NCBI GenBank assembly: GCA_963748625.1 | Contig: CAVVJT010000007.1 | Coordinates: 512,001-576,000, forward strand | Length of the DNA: 64,000 nucleotides | Direction: 5' to 3' | DNA from: an uncultured Chloroflexia bacterium | GTDB lineage: Bacteria > Chloroflexota > Limnocylindria > Limnocylindrales > CSP1-4 | In this document: positions 8,210-18,832 of the stretch, piece after piece | How positions within the stretch are numbered: the stretch's first letter is position 1 | Layout of the letters: every line of letters begins with the position of its first letter | The notes under the pieces: generated by a model | What the model was told of the DNA's origin: nothing | Seen by the model: the letters and a program-made list of their open reading frames with translations, nothing else | Databases searched by the model: none | Position numbers and translations under genes: made by a program

Positions 8210-10774
8210 GTGACCGAGATCGAGGACACCGCCCAGGACATCGACGGCGTCGCCCACGAGGGTCGCGTCCGGTTCGACCATGCCGCCATCGAGCCCAAGT
8301 GGCAGGCGCGCTGGGCGGACCTCCGCCTCTACGACACCGACCTCGACGATCGCAGCAGGCCCAAGTACTACCTGCTCACGATGTACCCGTATCCGTCAGG
8401 TGCCCTGCACATCGGCCACTGGTACATCAAGTCGCCCACGGATGCGATCGCCCGCTACAAGCGGATGCACGGCTACAACGTGTTCCTGCCGATCGGCTTC
8501 GACGGGTTCGGCCTGCCGGCCGAGAACGCCGCGATCAAGAACCGGATGAACCCGCGCGACTGGACGATGGCCAACATCGAGAAGATGCGCGGCCAGCTGC
8601 GCTCGATGGGCGCCACGTTCGCGTGGGACGCCGAGGTCGTGACCTGCGATCCCTCGTACTACCGCTGGAACCAGTGGATGTTCATCCAGTTCCTCGAGAA
8701 GGGGCTCGCCTATCGCGCGGTATCGCCCGTCGACTGGTGCCCCAACGACGGGACGCTCGCCCGGGAGCAGGTCGAGGGGACCGACCGCCACTGCTGGCGC
8801 TGCGGCGCGAAGGTGGAGAAGCGCGAGCTCGCCCAGTGGTACCTGGGCATCACCGAGTACGCGGACGAGCTGCTCGACTTCACCGGGCTCGACTGGCCCG
8901 AGCCGATCAAGGCGATGCAGACCAACTGGATCGGCCGCTCGTCGGGGGCTGAGGTGGCCTTCACCGCGGCTGAGATGCCGCACCACCCGGGTGGCGAGGC
9001 GATCCACGTCTTCACCACCCGCCCCGACACGCTGTTCGGCGCCACCTTCATGGTCCTGGCACCCGAGCACGAGCTCGTGGCGGTCCTGACCGCGCCCGCC
9101 AAGCAGGCGGAGGTCGAGGCCTACGTGAAGGCCGCCGCCGACAAGACCGAGATCGACCGCCTCTCGACGGACCGCGAGAAGACCGGTGTGGCCATCGGCG
9201 CCGACGCGATCAACCCGGTCAACGGCGAGCGCATCCCGATCTTCGTCGCGGACTACGTCCTGGGCGGCTACGGCACGGGCGCGATCATGGCCGTCCCCGG
9301 TCACGACGAGCGCGACTTCGCCTTCGCCCAGAAGTTCGGCCTGCCGATCGTCAAGGTCGTCATGCCCAAGCACGGCGACCCGGACGAGATCCTCCAGTCC
9401 GCCTTCACCGAGCACACCGTCGACGAGATCATGGTCAACTCGGGCAGGTTCGACGGCCGGCCGGCGTCCGAGGCCTGGCACGAGATCGTCAAGTGGCTCG
9501 AGGACGACGGCAAGGGCGCGCAGGCGGTCACCTACCGCATCCGCGACTGGCTGATCAGCCGCCAGCGCTACTGGGGCACGCCGATCCCGATCATCCACTG
9601 CGAGGACTGCGGCCCGGTGCCGGTCCCCGAGGCCGACCTGCCGGTCCTGCTGCCCGAGTCCGTGGACTACCGCGGCTCCGGCGACAACCCGCTCACGCGC
9701 GACGAGGCATTCCTTGCCGCGGACTGCCCGCGGTGCGGCAAGGCCGCCCGGCGCGAGACGGACACGATGGACACCTTCATCGACTCGTCCTGGTACTGGT
9801 TCCGCTACCTGACGCCGCACTTCACCGACGCCCCGGTGGACGTGGACGTGGTCAAGGACTGGACGCCGGTGGACCAGTACACGGGCGGCGCCGAGCACGC
9901 GGTGATGCACCTGCTGTACAGCCGGTTCTTCACCAAGGCCATGCGTGATCTCGGCCTGGTCCACGAGAACGAGCCCTTCCGCCGCCTCTTCAACCAGGGC
10001 CAGATCCTGGGCGCCGACGGCGAGCGCATGTCCAAGTCCCGCGGCAACGTCCAGGACCCTGACGAGCTGGTCGCCAGGTACGGCGCCGACACCGTCCGCC
10101 TGTTCCTCATGTTCATGGGCCCCTGGGACCAGGGCGGCCCGTGGAGCCCCACCGGGATCGGCGGGGTCAGCAGGTTCCTGCATCGCGTCTGGGCGATCGC
10201 GACCGACCCGCACGGCGGCGACGCCGGCGGTGCGGCGCCGGCCGGAGAGGCGGAGCACGAGGCGCGCGATCGGATGCGGTCAGCCGCCCACAAGACGCTC
10301 GCGGCGGTCACCGAGGACTACGAAGGCTTCCGCTGGAACACGATGGTGGCGAAGCTCATGGAGCTGAGCAACCTGCTGTTCAAGTACCGCGGGACGTCCG
10401 TGGCCGGCCTGCCCGAGTGGGACGAGGCCGTGCGCCTGCTGCTCCTGATGCTGGCGCCCGCCGCGCCGCACATCACCGAGGAGCTCTGGGCGCGGCGCCT
10501 GGAGGCCGCAGGTCACGAGTGGTCCTCGATCCACACGGAGCGCTGGCCCGTGGTGGACGAGGCTGCGACCGTGGATGCGACCCGCGAGGTGCCCATCCAG
10601 GTGAACGGCAAGCTGCGGGACAGGATCACGGTTGACGCCGGGATCTCCGAGATCGAGCTGGAGCAGATCGTCATGAGCCGGGACAAGGTGCTGGCGGCGA
10701 TCGGCGAGAAGCAGGTCGCGAAGATCATCTACGCCGGCGGAGGCAAGCTGGTGAACGTCGTCCTGCGGGGGTAG
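8210..10774 (+). CDS. leuS: Leucine--tRNA ligase
   Basis: [54 protein letters not shown]. Confidence 0.98.
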   Translation: MTEIEDTAQDIDGVAHEGRVRFDHAAIEPKWQARWADLRLYDTDLDDRSRPKYYLLTMYPYPSGALHIGHWYIKSPTDAIARYKRMHGYNVFLPIGFDGFGLPAENAAIKNRMNPRDWTMANIEKMRGQLRSMGATFAWDAEVVTCDPSYYRWNQWMFIQFLEKGLAYRAVSPVDWCPNDGTLAREQVEGTDRHCWRCGAKVEKRELAQWYLGITEYADELLDFTGLDWPEPIKAMQTNWIGRSSGAEVAFTAAEMPHHPGGEAIHVFTTRPDTLFGATFMVLAPEHELVAVLTAPAKQAEVEAYVKAAADKTEIDRLSTDREKTGVAIGADAINPVNGERIPIFVADYVLGGYGTGAIMAVPGHDERDFAFAQKFGLPIVKVVMPKHGDPDEILQSAFTEHTVDEIMVNSGRFDGRPASEAWHEIVKWLEDDGKGAQAVTYRIRDWLISRQRYWGTPIPIIHCEDCGPVPVPEADLPVLLPESVDYRGSGDNPLTRDEAFLAADCPRCGKAARRETDTMDTFIDSSWYWFRYLTPHFTDAPVDVDVVKDWTPVDQYTGGAEHAVMHLLYSRFFTKAMRDLGLVHENEPFRRLFNQGQILGADGERMSKSRGNVQDPDELVARYGADTVRLFLMFMGPWDQGGPWSPTGIGGVSRFLHRVWAIATDPHGGDAGGAAPAGEAEHEARDRMRSAAHKTLAAVTEDYEGFRWNTMVAKLMELSNLLFKYRGTSVAGLPEWDEAVRLLLLMLAPAAPHITEELWARRLEAAGHEWSSIHTERWPVVDEAATVDATREVPIQVNGKLRDRITVDAGISEIELEQIVMSRDKVLAAIGEKQVAKIIYAGGGKLVNVVLRG

Positions 10775-10843
10775 GTCGCTCTCGCGCCGACGGCTCGGCG
10801 GGCCGCTCTCGCGCCTCCGCGCCCTGCCGTGGACTGCGCTGGA

Positions 10844-10973
10844 GTCAACGAAATCCCGCAAACCCGGCCGATTTGGGCCCGGATGCGCGGGGCCGTTGCC
10901 TGTCACACGGCACGCGCCCGGAAACAGCCTGTGAAGGGGCCCTCTGACGCCCCTGGAGCGGGCTTTCGTTGAC
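10844..10973. repeat. 130 bp element bounded by a 16 bp inverted repeat (1 mismatch)
   Basis: GTCAACGAAATCCCGC (10844-10859) and GCGGGCTTTCGTTGAC (10958-10973). Confidence 0.75.
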
Positions 10974-11045
10974 ATGCAGGCCACACCCGCTTCGGCGGTA
11001 CCCTCGCAGCAGGTCGAAACCGTCACCCGAACCAGGAGGTCACCC

Positions 11046-11984
11046 ATGGGCCAGGTCAAGATCGGAGCCCTGTGCTGGAACCAGTTCACCGACTGGCCGT
11101 CCCTCCTCGCGGCCGGTGTCCGCGCCGATGAGCTGGGCTACGACTCCCTGTGGACGTGGGATCACGTGTATCCCATCATCGGCGACTCCACCGGGCCCAT
11201 CTTCGAGGGCTGGCTGACGATCACCGCCTGGGCCCAGGCGACCAAGCGGGTCCGGATCGGCCTCATGGTCGGCGCCAACACCTTCCGCAACCCGGCGCTC
11301 ACGGCCAAGATGGCGACCACGCTCGACCACATCAGCGGCGGGCGCGCGATCCTGGGCATTGGCGGGGCGTGGTTCGAGGAGGAGCACGAGGACTTCGGCA
11401 TGGAGTTCGGCTCCGGGTTCCCGGAGCGCCTGCGCTGGCTGGGCGAGGCCCTGCCGATCATGCGCGGCATGCTCGATGGAACGGAGCCGGTGGCCGCGGG
11501 CCCGCACTATGTCTCGAAGGACACCCGCAACCTGCCGCCGCCCGTCCAGGCCCACCTGCCGATCTGCATCGGCGGCGGCGGCGAGCAGGTGACGCTCAAG
11601 CTGGTCGCCAAGTACGGCGACATGAACAACATTGGCGGCAGCATCGAGGAGATGGCGCGCAAGGAGGAGGCGCTCCTGCGTCACTGTGAGTCCGTCGGCC
11701 GCGACCCGTCCGAGATCGAGCGCACGACCGGCGCGGGCACCGTCTTCATCCGTGACGACCCGGCCGAGGCGCAGCGCCTGTTCCGCGAGGCATTCGAGCG
11801 CAATCGCATCCCCAAGGCCTGGGAGGACCAGCCCGTCGGGACGCCCGAGCAGGTGGCCGAGAAGCTGGCCCCGAAGATCGCGATGGGCTACCGGCACCTG
11901 ATCGCCGGGATCCCCGCCACCTACGACGAGGAGTCGATGACCCGGCTCATCACCGAGGTGAAGCCGCTCCTCGAGCAGATCTAG
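11046..11984 (+). CDS. LLM-class flavin (probably F420)-dependent oxidoreductase
   Basis: GYDSLWTWDH, NTFRNPALTAKMATTLDHISGGRAILGIGGAW; AGGAGG RBS. Confidence 0.9.
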   Translation: MGQVKIGALCWNQFTDWPSLLAAGVRADELGYDSLWTWDHVYPIIGDSTGPIFEGWLTITAWAQATKRVRIGLMVGANTFRNPALTAKMATTLDHISGGRAILGIGGAWFEEEHEDFGMEFGSGFPERLRWLGEALPIMRGMLDGTEPVAAGPHYVSKDTRNLPPPVQAHLPICIGGGGEQVTLKLVAKYGDMNNIGGSIEEMARKEEALLRHCESVGRDPSEIERTTGAGTVFIRDDPAEAQRLFREAFERNRIPKAWEDQPVGTPEQVAEKLAPKIAMGYRHLIAGIPATYDEESMTRLITEVKPLLEQI

Positions 11985-12002
11985 GTTCCGGCCGGGCGGC
12001 GG

Positions 12003-12854
12003 TCAGATCCCGGCACCCGCATCGTCGGGCAGGTCGTGCGGGGCAGGTTCGGGCAGGTCGTGCGGGGCCGACGCAGGGCCCGGGTCGGCCTCGATTGGGA
12101 GTGTCTCCTCGGGACCTGTCTGGTCGGCGGCACGACCTGAGCTCAACCGCTTCGGCAGCTTCGGCCTCGGGAGCGAGGGCCGTCCGGGCATCGACGGCCG
12201 TGACGGCTTCGGGAGGCGGTCCGCAGCGCCTTTCGCAGCGGGGATGATCCGCACCTTGACGCTCGCGCCGGCCGCCGACGCCCTGGCCGCTGCCGATGCT
12301 GCTGCCAACGCCGCTGAGCCTGCGGCCGCCGTGGCCGTCGAGGCAGCTGATGCCGCCCCAGGCAGCCTGGTTCCAGCGGCTCCGCCAGCCGCCTTTCCAG
12401 TCCGCAACGCGGCCTTCGAGCCCGCCACGGCTGCGTTGGAGCCCTTGACCGCGGCCCTGCCCCCGGCCCGGGCGACCTTCGCCGTCGTTCGCCCACCAGC
12501 CCGGACGACCCAGGCTGAGAGCACCCCAAGCGTCTTGAGGTCCTCGACGATGAGGTCGTCACCCAGCCCGACGGCCTCGAGATGGGCGCGCCGTCGTTCG
12601 GGCGATAGGCCCGCGAGCGCGAACTTGACCGCCGCGATGGCGATGGCGATGTCGTCGAGCTGGCCCAGGACCGGGATGATCCCCGGCACGAGGTCCACCG
12701 GTGAGACGAGATAGCCCGCCGCACCGATGATCGCGGCGCGCCGGGCCTTGCTGAGCGCGGGATCCTTGGCGAGCCCGAGGGCGAGACGCAGGTAGGCCGG
12801 GACGCGCCGCATCAGCTCGGAGGCGCGGTCTTTCGGGAACGGGTCGATGGCCAT
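12003..12854 (-). CDS. YkvA/DUF1232 family protein with low-complexity tail
   Basis: YLVSPVDLVPGIIPVLGQLDD signature. Confidence 0.85.
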   Translation of the reverse strand: MAIDPFPKDRASELMRRVPAYLRLALGLAKDPALSKARRAAIIGAAGYLVSPVDLVPGIIPVLGQLDDIAIAIAAVKFALAGLSPERRRAHLEAVGLGDDLIVEDLKTLGVLSAWVVRAGGRTTAKVARAGGRAAVKGSNAAVAGSKAALRTGKAAGGAAGTRLPGAASAASTATAAAGSAALAAASAAARASAAGASVKVRIIPAAKGAADRLPKPSRPSMPGRPSLPRPKLPKRLSSGRAADQTGPEETLPIEADPGPASAPHDLPEPAPHDLPDDAGAGI

Positions 12855-13031
12855 GCCCCGATCGTAGTCCGGGACGCCAGATCGCGCCGTTTCGCAACCT
12901 TCGCATAAGTCCGCGATAAGTGGCGACCCCTAGGCTCCACGTCGGAGCCGCACCTCGAAGGCCGTGCCCCCATCGAGGAGCGGTTCCAGCAACCATCGCC
13001 CGCCGCCGGTCCCGCCGGGGAGTCCTCATCC

Positions 13032-13742
13032 GTGGATCCCTCCAGCGCCCCGTGGCGTGCCCTAGAGACAACTGAAGAAACCTCTCCCAAGGTTGCCGTC
13101 CCGGAGCCGCACAGCCCGCCATGGGCTGTGATCGGCGCAACGCTTGCCGCCGCCGTCCTGGCGGTTGCAGCCATCCTGGTCGTCGCCCGGCCCGCCGGGG
13201 ACGTTGCGACCTACGGGGGAAACGAGCTGGACGCCGGCGCCATCGGACAAGGGGGGACCTCGTCCGCGGGCCCGGCGTTCGGTCGCCAGCCCCTCGTCGT
13301 GGAGGTCGCAGGGGCGGTCCGCCAGCCGGGCGTGTACGAGCTGGCCGACGGGTCGCGGGTTCGCGATGCGATCGAGGCGGCGGGCGGGTTCGCAGGCAGC
13401 GTGGATGCGGTCGCGGCCGATCGGGCGCTCAACCTGGCAGCGCCAGTGCGGGACGGAGACGAGATCAGGGTCCCCGCGCGCGGAGAGGCCCAACCGGCCG
13501 AGGGCGGTGCCGCCGGCGGTGCCACCTCCGGGGGAACCGGGAGCGGCGGCCTGGTGGACGTCAACCGGGCCTCGGCCGAGGAGCTGGACACGTTGCCCGG
13601 CGTCGGTCCCGCGACGGCCGCCAAGATCATCGCCGCGCGCGACGAGCAGCCGTTCGCGTCGGTGGATGACCTTGCCGCGCGGAAGGTTGTCGGGGCCGCC
13701 GCGCTTGAGAAGCTCCGGCCGCTGGTCACCACGGGACCGTGA
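13032..13742 (+). CDS. comEA: Competence DNA-binding protein ComEA (TM-SLBB-HhH)
   Basis: VEVAGAVRQPGVYEL..GSRVRDAIEAAGG; VNRASAEELDTLPGVGPATAAKII. Confidence 0.93.
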   Translation: MDPSSAPWRALETTEETSPKVAVPEPHSPPWAVIGATLAAAVLAVAAILVVARPAGDVATYGGNELDAGAIGQGGTSSAGPAFGRQPLVVEVAGAVRQPGVYELADGSRVRDAIEAAGGFAGSVDAVAADRALNLAAPVRDGDEIRVPARGEAQPAEGGAAGGATSGGTGSGGLVDVNRASAEELDTLPGVGPATAAKIIAARDEQPFASVDDLAARKVVGAAALEKLRPLVTTGP

Positions 13743-16705
13743 GCCTCCCTCGGGCGGCATTCGCGGCTGCGGGCGCCGCCGTTGCTGCAGGGGCGGCCTA
13801 TCTCGCCTGGCCGCCGCTCGTCGGGCTGGCGGGCGCAGCGACGCTCCTCGCCGTGGGACTGGCGCTGCGCGATCGGCGCGAGATCGTCGCGCGGCGGGTG
13901 CTCGCGCTCGCCGTGGGGGTCGGGCTCCTGGCCCTCCGGACGCTGCTCGGACCGCCTCCACCGGCCCCGCCCACCCTGCCGACGGACGCCGGGCCATGGC
14001 TTGCCCTCGTCGAGACAGTCGGGGCGCCCAGAGACGGGCAGCAGTCCGCACGCCTGGCGATCCAGACGACGTCAGGGCCGGTCACCGTGGCGGCGACGCT
14101 GCCCGCCTACCCCGCCGTCCGGGCGGGAGCGCTCGTCGAGGTGGGTGGCCGGTTGCGTCCACCGCCCGAGGACGACCCCTACGGCGAGTACCTGCGCCGG
14201 ACGGGCGCCTCGGGGTCGCTCCAGGCACGGACGCTGGAGGTGGTGACGGCCCCTGGCGACACCTCGCTCCAGGCCCTGCGGGACGGTGCCGGCGACGCGC
14301 TCCGCATGGCCCTGCCGGAGCCGGAGGCGGGCCTTGCCGCGGGAATCCTCATCGGCCTCAAGGAGCGCGTGGATCGAGCGCTTGCCGCGGACTTCGCAAC
14401 GGCGGGGGCGAGCCACGTGGTGGCGATCTCGGGCTGGAACATCGCGATCGTCGCGGGCCTCGTCGGGGCCGCACTGCGCGGCAGGCCCCGCAGGCTCATC
14501 GCCATCGCGGTCGCCGCCACGGTGATCGCATATGTCATCGCCGCGGGCGCATCGGCGTCCGTCGTCCGTGCCGGCGTGATGGCGGGTGTCGTGCTCCTCG
14601 CGAGAGAGTCCGGCAGGGCCGGCCGGGCGGCGGCGGCGCTGGCCGTGGCGGCGCTCCTGCTGCTGCTGGCCGAGCCCGCCCTGATCGGCGATGCCGGGTT
14701 CCGCCTGTCCGTGATGGCGACGGCCGGTCTGCTCGCGTGGGCGACGCCGGTCGGCGCATGGCTGGCTGGGCGGACCGGCGGCCGGCTCCCGGGCTGGCTG
14801 ACCGAGGGGCTGGGCATCTCGCTGGCCGCCCAGGCGGCGACCCTGCCGGACGTGCTGCTCACGTTCGGCCGGCTGTCCCTCGTCTCGCCGGCGGTGAACC
14901 TGCTGGTGGTGCCACTCGTGCCTGCGGCCATGGGCGCCGGCGTGCTGGCCCTCGGCGGCGGGCTCGCAGCCATGGCCGGTGCACCCGCCGCTGTGGCGAC
15001 GATCGCTGGCCTGCCCGCCTGGCTCCTGCTTCACATCATCATCGTCGTCGTCCGGGCGTCGGCGGGCATCCCGCTCGCGGCGATCGAGGTCCCGCCGGAG
15101 GTGGCGCCACTCGTGGCGGCAGGCGCCGCGATGGCCGTGGTCGCCATCGCCTCGCCGGCAGCGCGAGGCTTCATCAGGCACCGGCTGCGACGGCGGAGGC
15201 GGCCCGAGGCACGCCGGGCGGCGCCCGTGTTGCCCAGGACCCGCCCGCACACCCCTCCCCACCGCTCCATGCTCCAGCGCAGCCTGCTCGCTGCGGCGGC
15301 CGTCATCGCGGCGGTCTCGACGCTCGCCGTCGGTGACGTGGCCACCCGAGCCACCCGGCTCGCCGTGCTCGACGTGGGCCAGGGCGACGCGATCCTCGTG
15401 GAGAGCCGGACCGGGCGGCGGATGCTCGTCGATGGCGGCCCTGATCCCGAGCGCCTGCTGATAGAGCTCGATGCCCGCGTGCCGCCCTGGGACCGCCGCG
15501 TGGACGTCCTGGTGCTGACCCACCCGCACGAGGATCACGTCGCCGGCCTGGTGCGCGTCCTGGAGCGCTACCGGGTGGGGCGCGTGTTCGAGCCGGGGAT
15601 GCGCGGCACCAGCCCCGGCTGGGAGGCGTGGGACACGACCCTTCGCGAGCGCCCGGACATCCGGCGCGAGACGCTCGCGGCCGGCGGCCGGATCAACCTT
15701 GCGGAGGTCCGCCTCGATGTCCTCTGGCCGCAGCCCGGCACCGTGCCCCGCGAGCCCGGCGCATCGGGCCGGCACATCAACGACACGAGCATCGTGCTGT
15801 TGGGCACGGCGGCCGGCCGGACGTTCCTGCTGACCGGCGACGCTGAGGATGATGTGGACCCGGCACTTGTCACGCAGGGTCTCCCCCACCTCGACGTGCT
15901 CAAGGTCGCCCATCACGGCAGCGCGACGGCCACGAGTGCACCACTGCTCGAGGCCACGACGCCGACGCTTGCGCTGATCGCGGTCGGCGAGGACAACGAC
16001 TACGGCCATCCGGCGCCGTCCACGCTGGCCCGCCTGCAGGAGGCGGGCGCTGCGGTCCACCGGACGGACCGCGAGGGAACGCTCGTCGTCGGGCTCGAGC
16101 GGGACCGCCTCACGCTCACGACGGACGGGTCGCGCACCGCGAGCGCCCGCACGTCAGGCACGGCAACGGCACGTACGCTGCGCGCCGCGAGCGCCCGCAC
16201 GACGCGCACCGGCTACGATTCCGCCCATGACCGTCCCGGCGCGCCGCGAGGCCGCCTCGCTGCTGCTCTCCCTGGACCCGCCCGAGTGGTTCCTCCGTCA
16301 CGCCTGTGCCGTGGCCGATGTCGCGGGCTGGCTGGCGGCCGCGATCAATGCGCGTGGCGGACACGTGGACGCGGCCGCCGTGGAGGCAGCAGCGTTGCTG
16401 CACGACGTGGACAAGCTGCCGTCCGTGGGCCGGGCCGCCGGGCTCCGCCACGGCGAGGGCTCGGCGGCGTTCCTCGTGACGCACGGCCTGCCGGAGCTGG
16501 CGGTGATCGTGCGGGACCACCCTGTCACGCGCCTCGCCGGCGACGAGGACCGGGCTCGCCTGTTCGCCGCCCCCCTGGAGGCACGGATCGTGGCGTACGC
16601 GGACAAGCGCGCCGGCCAGCACCTGCAGACGATGGAGCAGCGGTTCGGCTCGTGGCGGCGACGCTATCCGATCGCGTCTGTCGAGGCGCTGGCGGGCCAG
16701 GGTGA
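13739..16705 (+). CDS. comEC: Competence channel ComEC/Rec2 with MBL domain; recognisable homology ends near 16130 and the ORF runs on over the next gene
   Basis: SHVVAISGWN, LDVGQGDAI, LTHPHEDHVAG, LLTGDAE, LKVAHHGS, YGHP. Confidence 0.9.
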   Translation: MSLPRAAFAAAGAAVAAGAAYLAWPPLVGLAGAATLLAVGLALRDRREIVARRVLALAVGVGLLALRTLLGPPPPAPPTLPTDAGPWLALVETVGAPRDGQQSARLAIQTTSGPVTVAATLPAYPAVRAGALVEVGGRLRPPPEDDPYGEYLRRTGASGSLQARTLEVVTAPGDTSLQALRDGAGDALRMALPEPEAGLAAGILIGLKERVDRALAADFATAGASHVVAISGWNIAIVAGLVGAALRGRPRRLIAIAVAATVIAYVIAAGASASVVRAGVMAGVVLLARESGRAGRAAAALAVAALLLLLAEPALIGDAGFRLSVMATAGLLAWATPVGAWLAGRTGGRLPGWLTEGLGISLAAQAATLPDVLLTFGRLSLVSPAVNLLVVPLVPAAMGAGVLALGGGLAAMAGAPAAVATIAGLPAWLLLHIIIVVVRASAGIPLAAIEVPPEVAPLVAAGAAMAVVAIASPAARGFIRHRLRRRRRPEARRAAPVLPRTRPHTPPHRSMLQRSLLAAAAVIAAVSTLAVGDVATRATRLAVLDVGQGDAILVESRTGRRMLVDGGPDPERLLIELDARVPPWDRRVDVLVLTHPHEDHVAGLVRVLERYRVGRVFEPGMRGTSPGWEAWDTTLRERPDIRRETLAAGGRINLAEVRLDVLWPQPGTVPREPGASGRHINDTSIVLLGTAAGRTFLLTGDAEDDVDPALVTQGLPHLDVLKVAHHGSATATSAPLLEATTPTLALIAVGEDNDYGHPAPSTLARLQEAGAAVHRTDREGTLVVGLERDRLTLTTDGSRTASARTSGTATARTLRAASARTTRTGYDSAHDRPGAPRGRLAAALPGPARVVPPSRLCRGRCRGLAGGRDQCAWRTRGRGRRGGSSVAARRGQAAVRGPGRRAPPRRGLGGVPRDARPAGAGGDRAGPPCHAPRRRRGPGSPVRRPPGGTDRGVRGQARRPAPADDGAAVRLVAATLSDRVCRGAGGPG

Positions 16706-16868
16706 TCCGCGGCCGCCCAAGCGCGCCGCCTGGACGGACGAGGAGGTCGCCCGCATCCAGGAGCGTGCCCGGGATCTCGAGCTGGAGGTGTGCGGAGCGG
16801 CCGGCATCGAGCCCCTCGAGGTCCACCGGCTCCGGTGGTCGCGGCGCAACCTGGCGGCGGCCCGATGA
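16227..16868 (+). CDS. HD-domain phosphohydrolase
   Basis: RHACAV..AALLHDVDK..RHGEGS..DH..VAYADKR; ATGA overlap with holA. Confidence 0.85.
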   Translation: MTVPARREAASLLLSLDPPEWFLRHACAVADVAGWLAAAINARGGHVDAAAVEAAALLHDVDKLPSVGRAAGLRHGEGSAAFLVTHGLPELAVIVRDHPVTRLAGDEDRARLFAAPLEARIVAYADKRAGQHLQTMEQRFGSWRRRYPIASVEALAGQGDPRPPKRAAWTDEEVARIQERARDLELEVCGAAGIEPLEVHRLRWSRRNLAAAR

Positions 16869-17941
16869 TCGCCCCGATCCTGCGCTACTACCGCGGAGGC
16901 GACGGCTACGCGATCGACCAGGCGGTGATCGCCCTCGCCCGCCACCTCGAGAAGGAGACCGGCGCGGCACCGGATCGCTGGCGGGCCACCGGCGCGGAGA
17001 CGAGCGTGGACGTGCTCGCCGAGCGGGTCGCCACGGCGCCCATGTTCGGGGGCGGCACGGTGGCGGTCATCGTGGACCCTGGCCCGCTGGTCCGCTCCAA
17101 GGACGGCCGGGAGGCGCTGGAGAAGGTCCTCCGCAACGTCGCGCCCGGCAACGCGCTCGTCCTCATCGAGCAGGGCGATGAGAAGAAGCGGGCCGCGATG
17201 CTCGTCAGCCTGGAAGCCGCGGTGATCGCGGCGGGCGGCAGCGCGAAGGTCCACGCTGCGCCCAAGGCCCACGAGCTCGCGGGATGGCTGGTCAACCTGG
17301 CGCGGGACCGTGGCCTGACCCTTGAGCGTGATGCGGCACAGGAGCTTGCCCGCCGTGTCGGGGGGTACGTGACCGAGGGCGACGTGGACCACCAGCGCCA
17401 GGGCGCGATGGCCGCCGCCGAGCTCGAGAAGCTCGCCCTCTACCGGGGCGCGGCGCCGATCCGGAAGGTCGACGTGGAGGCGCTCGTCCCGGAGGTCATC
17501 CCGGACAGCACCTGGGCCCTGCTCGACGGGATCGCGGATCGCAACGTTGCGTTCGCCGGCCCGGCACTCGACCGCCTGCTGGAGACCGCCCCCCTGCCGC
17601 TGGTCATCGCCCAGCTCCACCGCCGACTGCGCGAGCTCCTGCTCGCCGCGGACCTCCAGGAGGCCGGGGCAACGCCGGCCGACCTCGTCAAGGCGATCGG
17701 GGGCCATCCCTATCGCGTGGAGCAGCTCGCGAGGAAGGCCCGCGCCTGGACGGCGCAGGAGCTCACGGACGCACTGGAGGACGTCCTCGACCTCGATGCC
17801 GCGTTCAAGAGCGCGGGCGATGCCGGGATGTCCGAGAGCCAGGCCCGGCTCGCCTTCACCCTGTGGGTGCAGCAGCGCGTCGCCCGGACCGGGCCGCGCG
17901 GCAGTGGGCCAATTGAATCCGGGTCCGCGAGAACCTGGTAG
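16865..17941 (+). CDS. holA: DNA polymerase III subunit delta
   Basis: TAPMFGG, ELEKLALY, VEALVP..WALLDGI; follows comEC as in many Terrabacteria. Confidence 0.88.
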   Translation: MIAPILRYYRGGDGYAIDQAVIALARHLEKETGAAPDRWRATGAETSVDVLAERVATAPMFGGGTVAVIVDPGPLVRSKDGREALEKVLRNVAPGNALVLIEQGDEKKRAAMLVSLEAAVIAAGGSAKVHAAPKAHELAGWLVNLARDRGLTLERDAAQELARRVGGYVTEGDVDHQRQGAMAAAELEKLALYRGAAPIRKVDVEALVPEVIPDSTWALLDGIADRNVAFAGPALDRLLETAPLPLVIAQLHRRLRELLLAADLQEAGATPADLVKAIGGHPYRVEQLARKARAWTAQELTDALEDVLDLDAAFKSAGDAGMSESQARLAFTLWVQQRVARTGPRGSGPIESGSARTW

Positions 17942-17950
17942 CGAGCGGCG

Positions 17951-18205
17951 TCAGTCGGCTGAGGACCAGGCCTCCTCCTGGATGACGATGTCGCTCTCGA
18001 TCGCGAACACGCAGCGACCCTCGCCCAGGTCCAGGAGATCGATCAGCTCGGGATCGATGTAGAGCTGGTGGCAGTCCTCGCACAGACCGCCCGGGATGCC
18101 GAAGCAGAGTCGCTCGGTCCGGTCGGGAAGCCGGAACGTCGTGTCGAAGCGCGTGATGATCAGCCGTCGGCTGCACCCAGGGCAGCGATCGCGCAGACCA
18201 GACAT
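17951..18205 (-). CDS. Small YgiT/MqsA-N-like zinc-finger protein
   Basis: CPGC..GIPGGLCEDC..YIDPELID pattern; GGAG RBS. Confidence 0.6.
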   Translation of the reverse strand: MSGLRDRCPGCSRRLIITRFDTTFRLPDRTERLCFGIPGGLCEDCHQLYIDPELIDLLDLGEGRCVFAIESDIVIQEEAWSSAD

Positions 18206-18382
18206 CGGAGCTTCTCCACTGGCACCGATCTCCGTGATCGATGACCTGTGGGGACTCTAGGTGTGCGCCTCCCGGACAGATATGACCCGTCGGTACCGTT
18301 CCGGTCAGTACCCCACCAGTGCGCGTTCAACCCACCTGCACCGCACTTGGCCGTTGCACCCGCCGCAGCGCGGCCTGCGGCC

Positions 18383-18802
18383 CTACTGGACCCGCAGCAG
18401 CGTCTTCGCAGCCGACCAGTGCTTCTCGAGCTGGTAGTAGTCCCGCTCGGGCGGCGTGAAGATGTGGATGATCACGCTGCCATAGTCCACCAGGATCCAG
18501 TGCGACTCCGGGGTTCCCTCGCGGCCGATGGGCTTGATGCCCTCGTCGCGCAGGTTCTCGATGATGCCGTCGGCGATGGCGCCCAGCTGGCGCTCGGAGC
18601 CGCCCGAGCAGATCACGAAGGCGTCGGCAAGGGTCGTGAGCTCGCCGAGGCCCAGCAGCACGATGTCGGCCGCCTTCTTGTCCTCGGCCAGCTCCACGAT
18701 GCGCCGCGCAAGGTCGAGCGGGTCGCGATCGGACGCCGGCACCGGTGCATCCCGATGCGGCAGGCCGATGGTGGGAGCGGCGGGCTTGGAAGGCTCTGTC
18801 AC
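18383..18802 (-). CDS. rsfS: Ribosome silencing factor
   Basis: DKKAADIV..ADAFVICSG..WILVDYGSVIIHIF..ERDYYQLEKHW. Confidence 0.95.
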   Translation of the reverse strand: MTEPSKPAAPTIGLPHRDAPVPASDRDPLDLARRIVELAEDKKAADIVLLGLGELTTLADAFVICSGGSERQLGAIADGIIENLRDEGIKPIGREGTPESHWILVDYGSVIIHIFTPPERDYYQLEKHWSAAKTLLRVQ

Positions 18803-18832
18803 GTGGTCTGGGTCCTCCGGTCGAAGTCGGGA

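Noticed and set aside
12870-12893. Third copy of the ECF promoter (GCGAAACG) upstream of the DUF1232 gene
   Set aside because: The second block CGCCGACGCCATAC is absent at the required spacing
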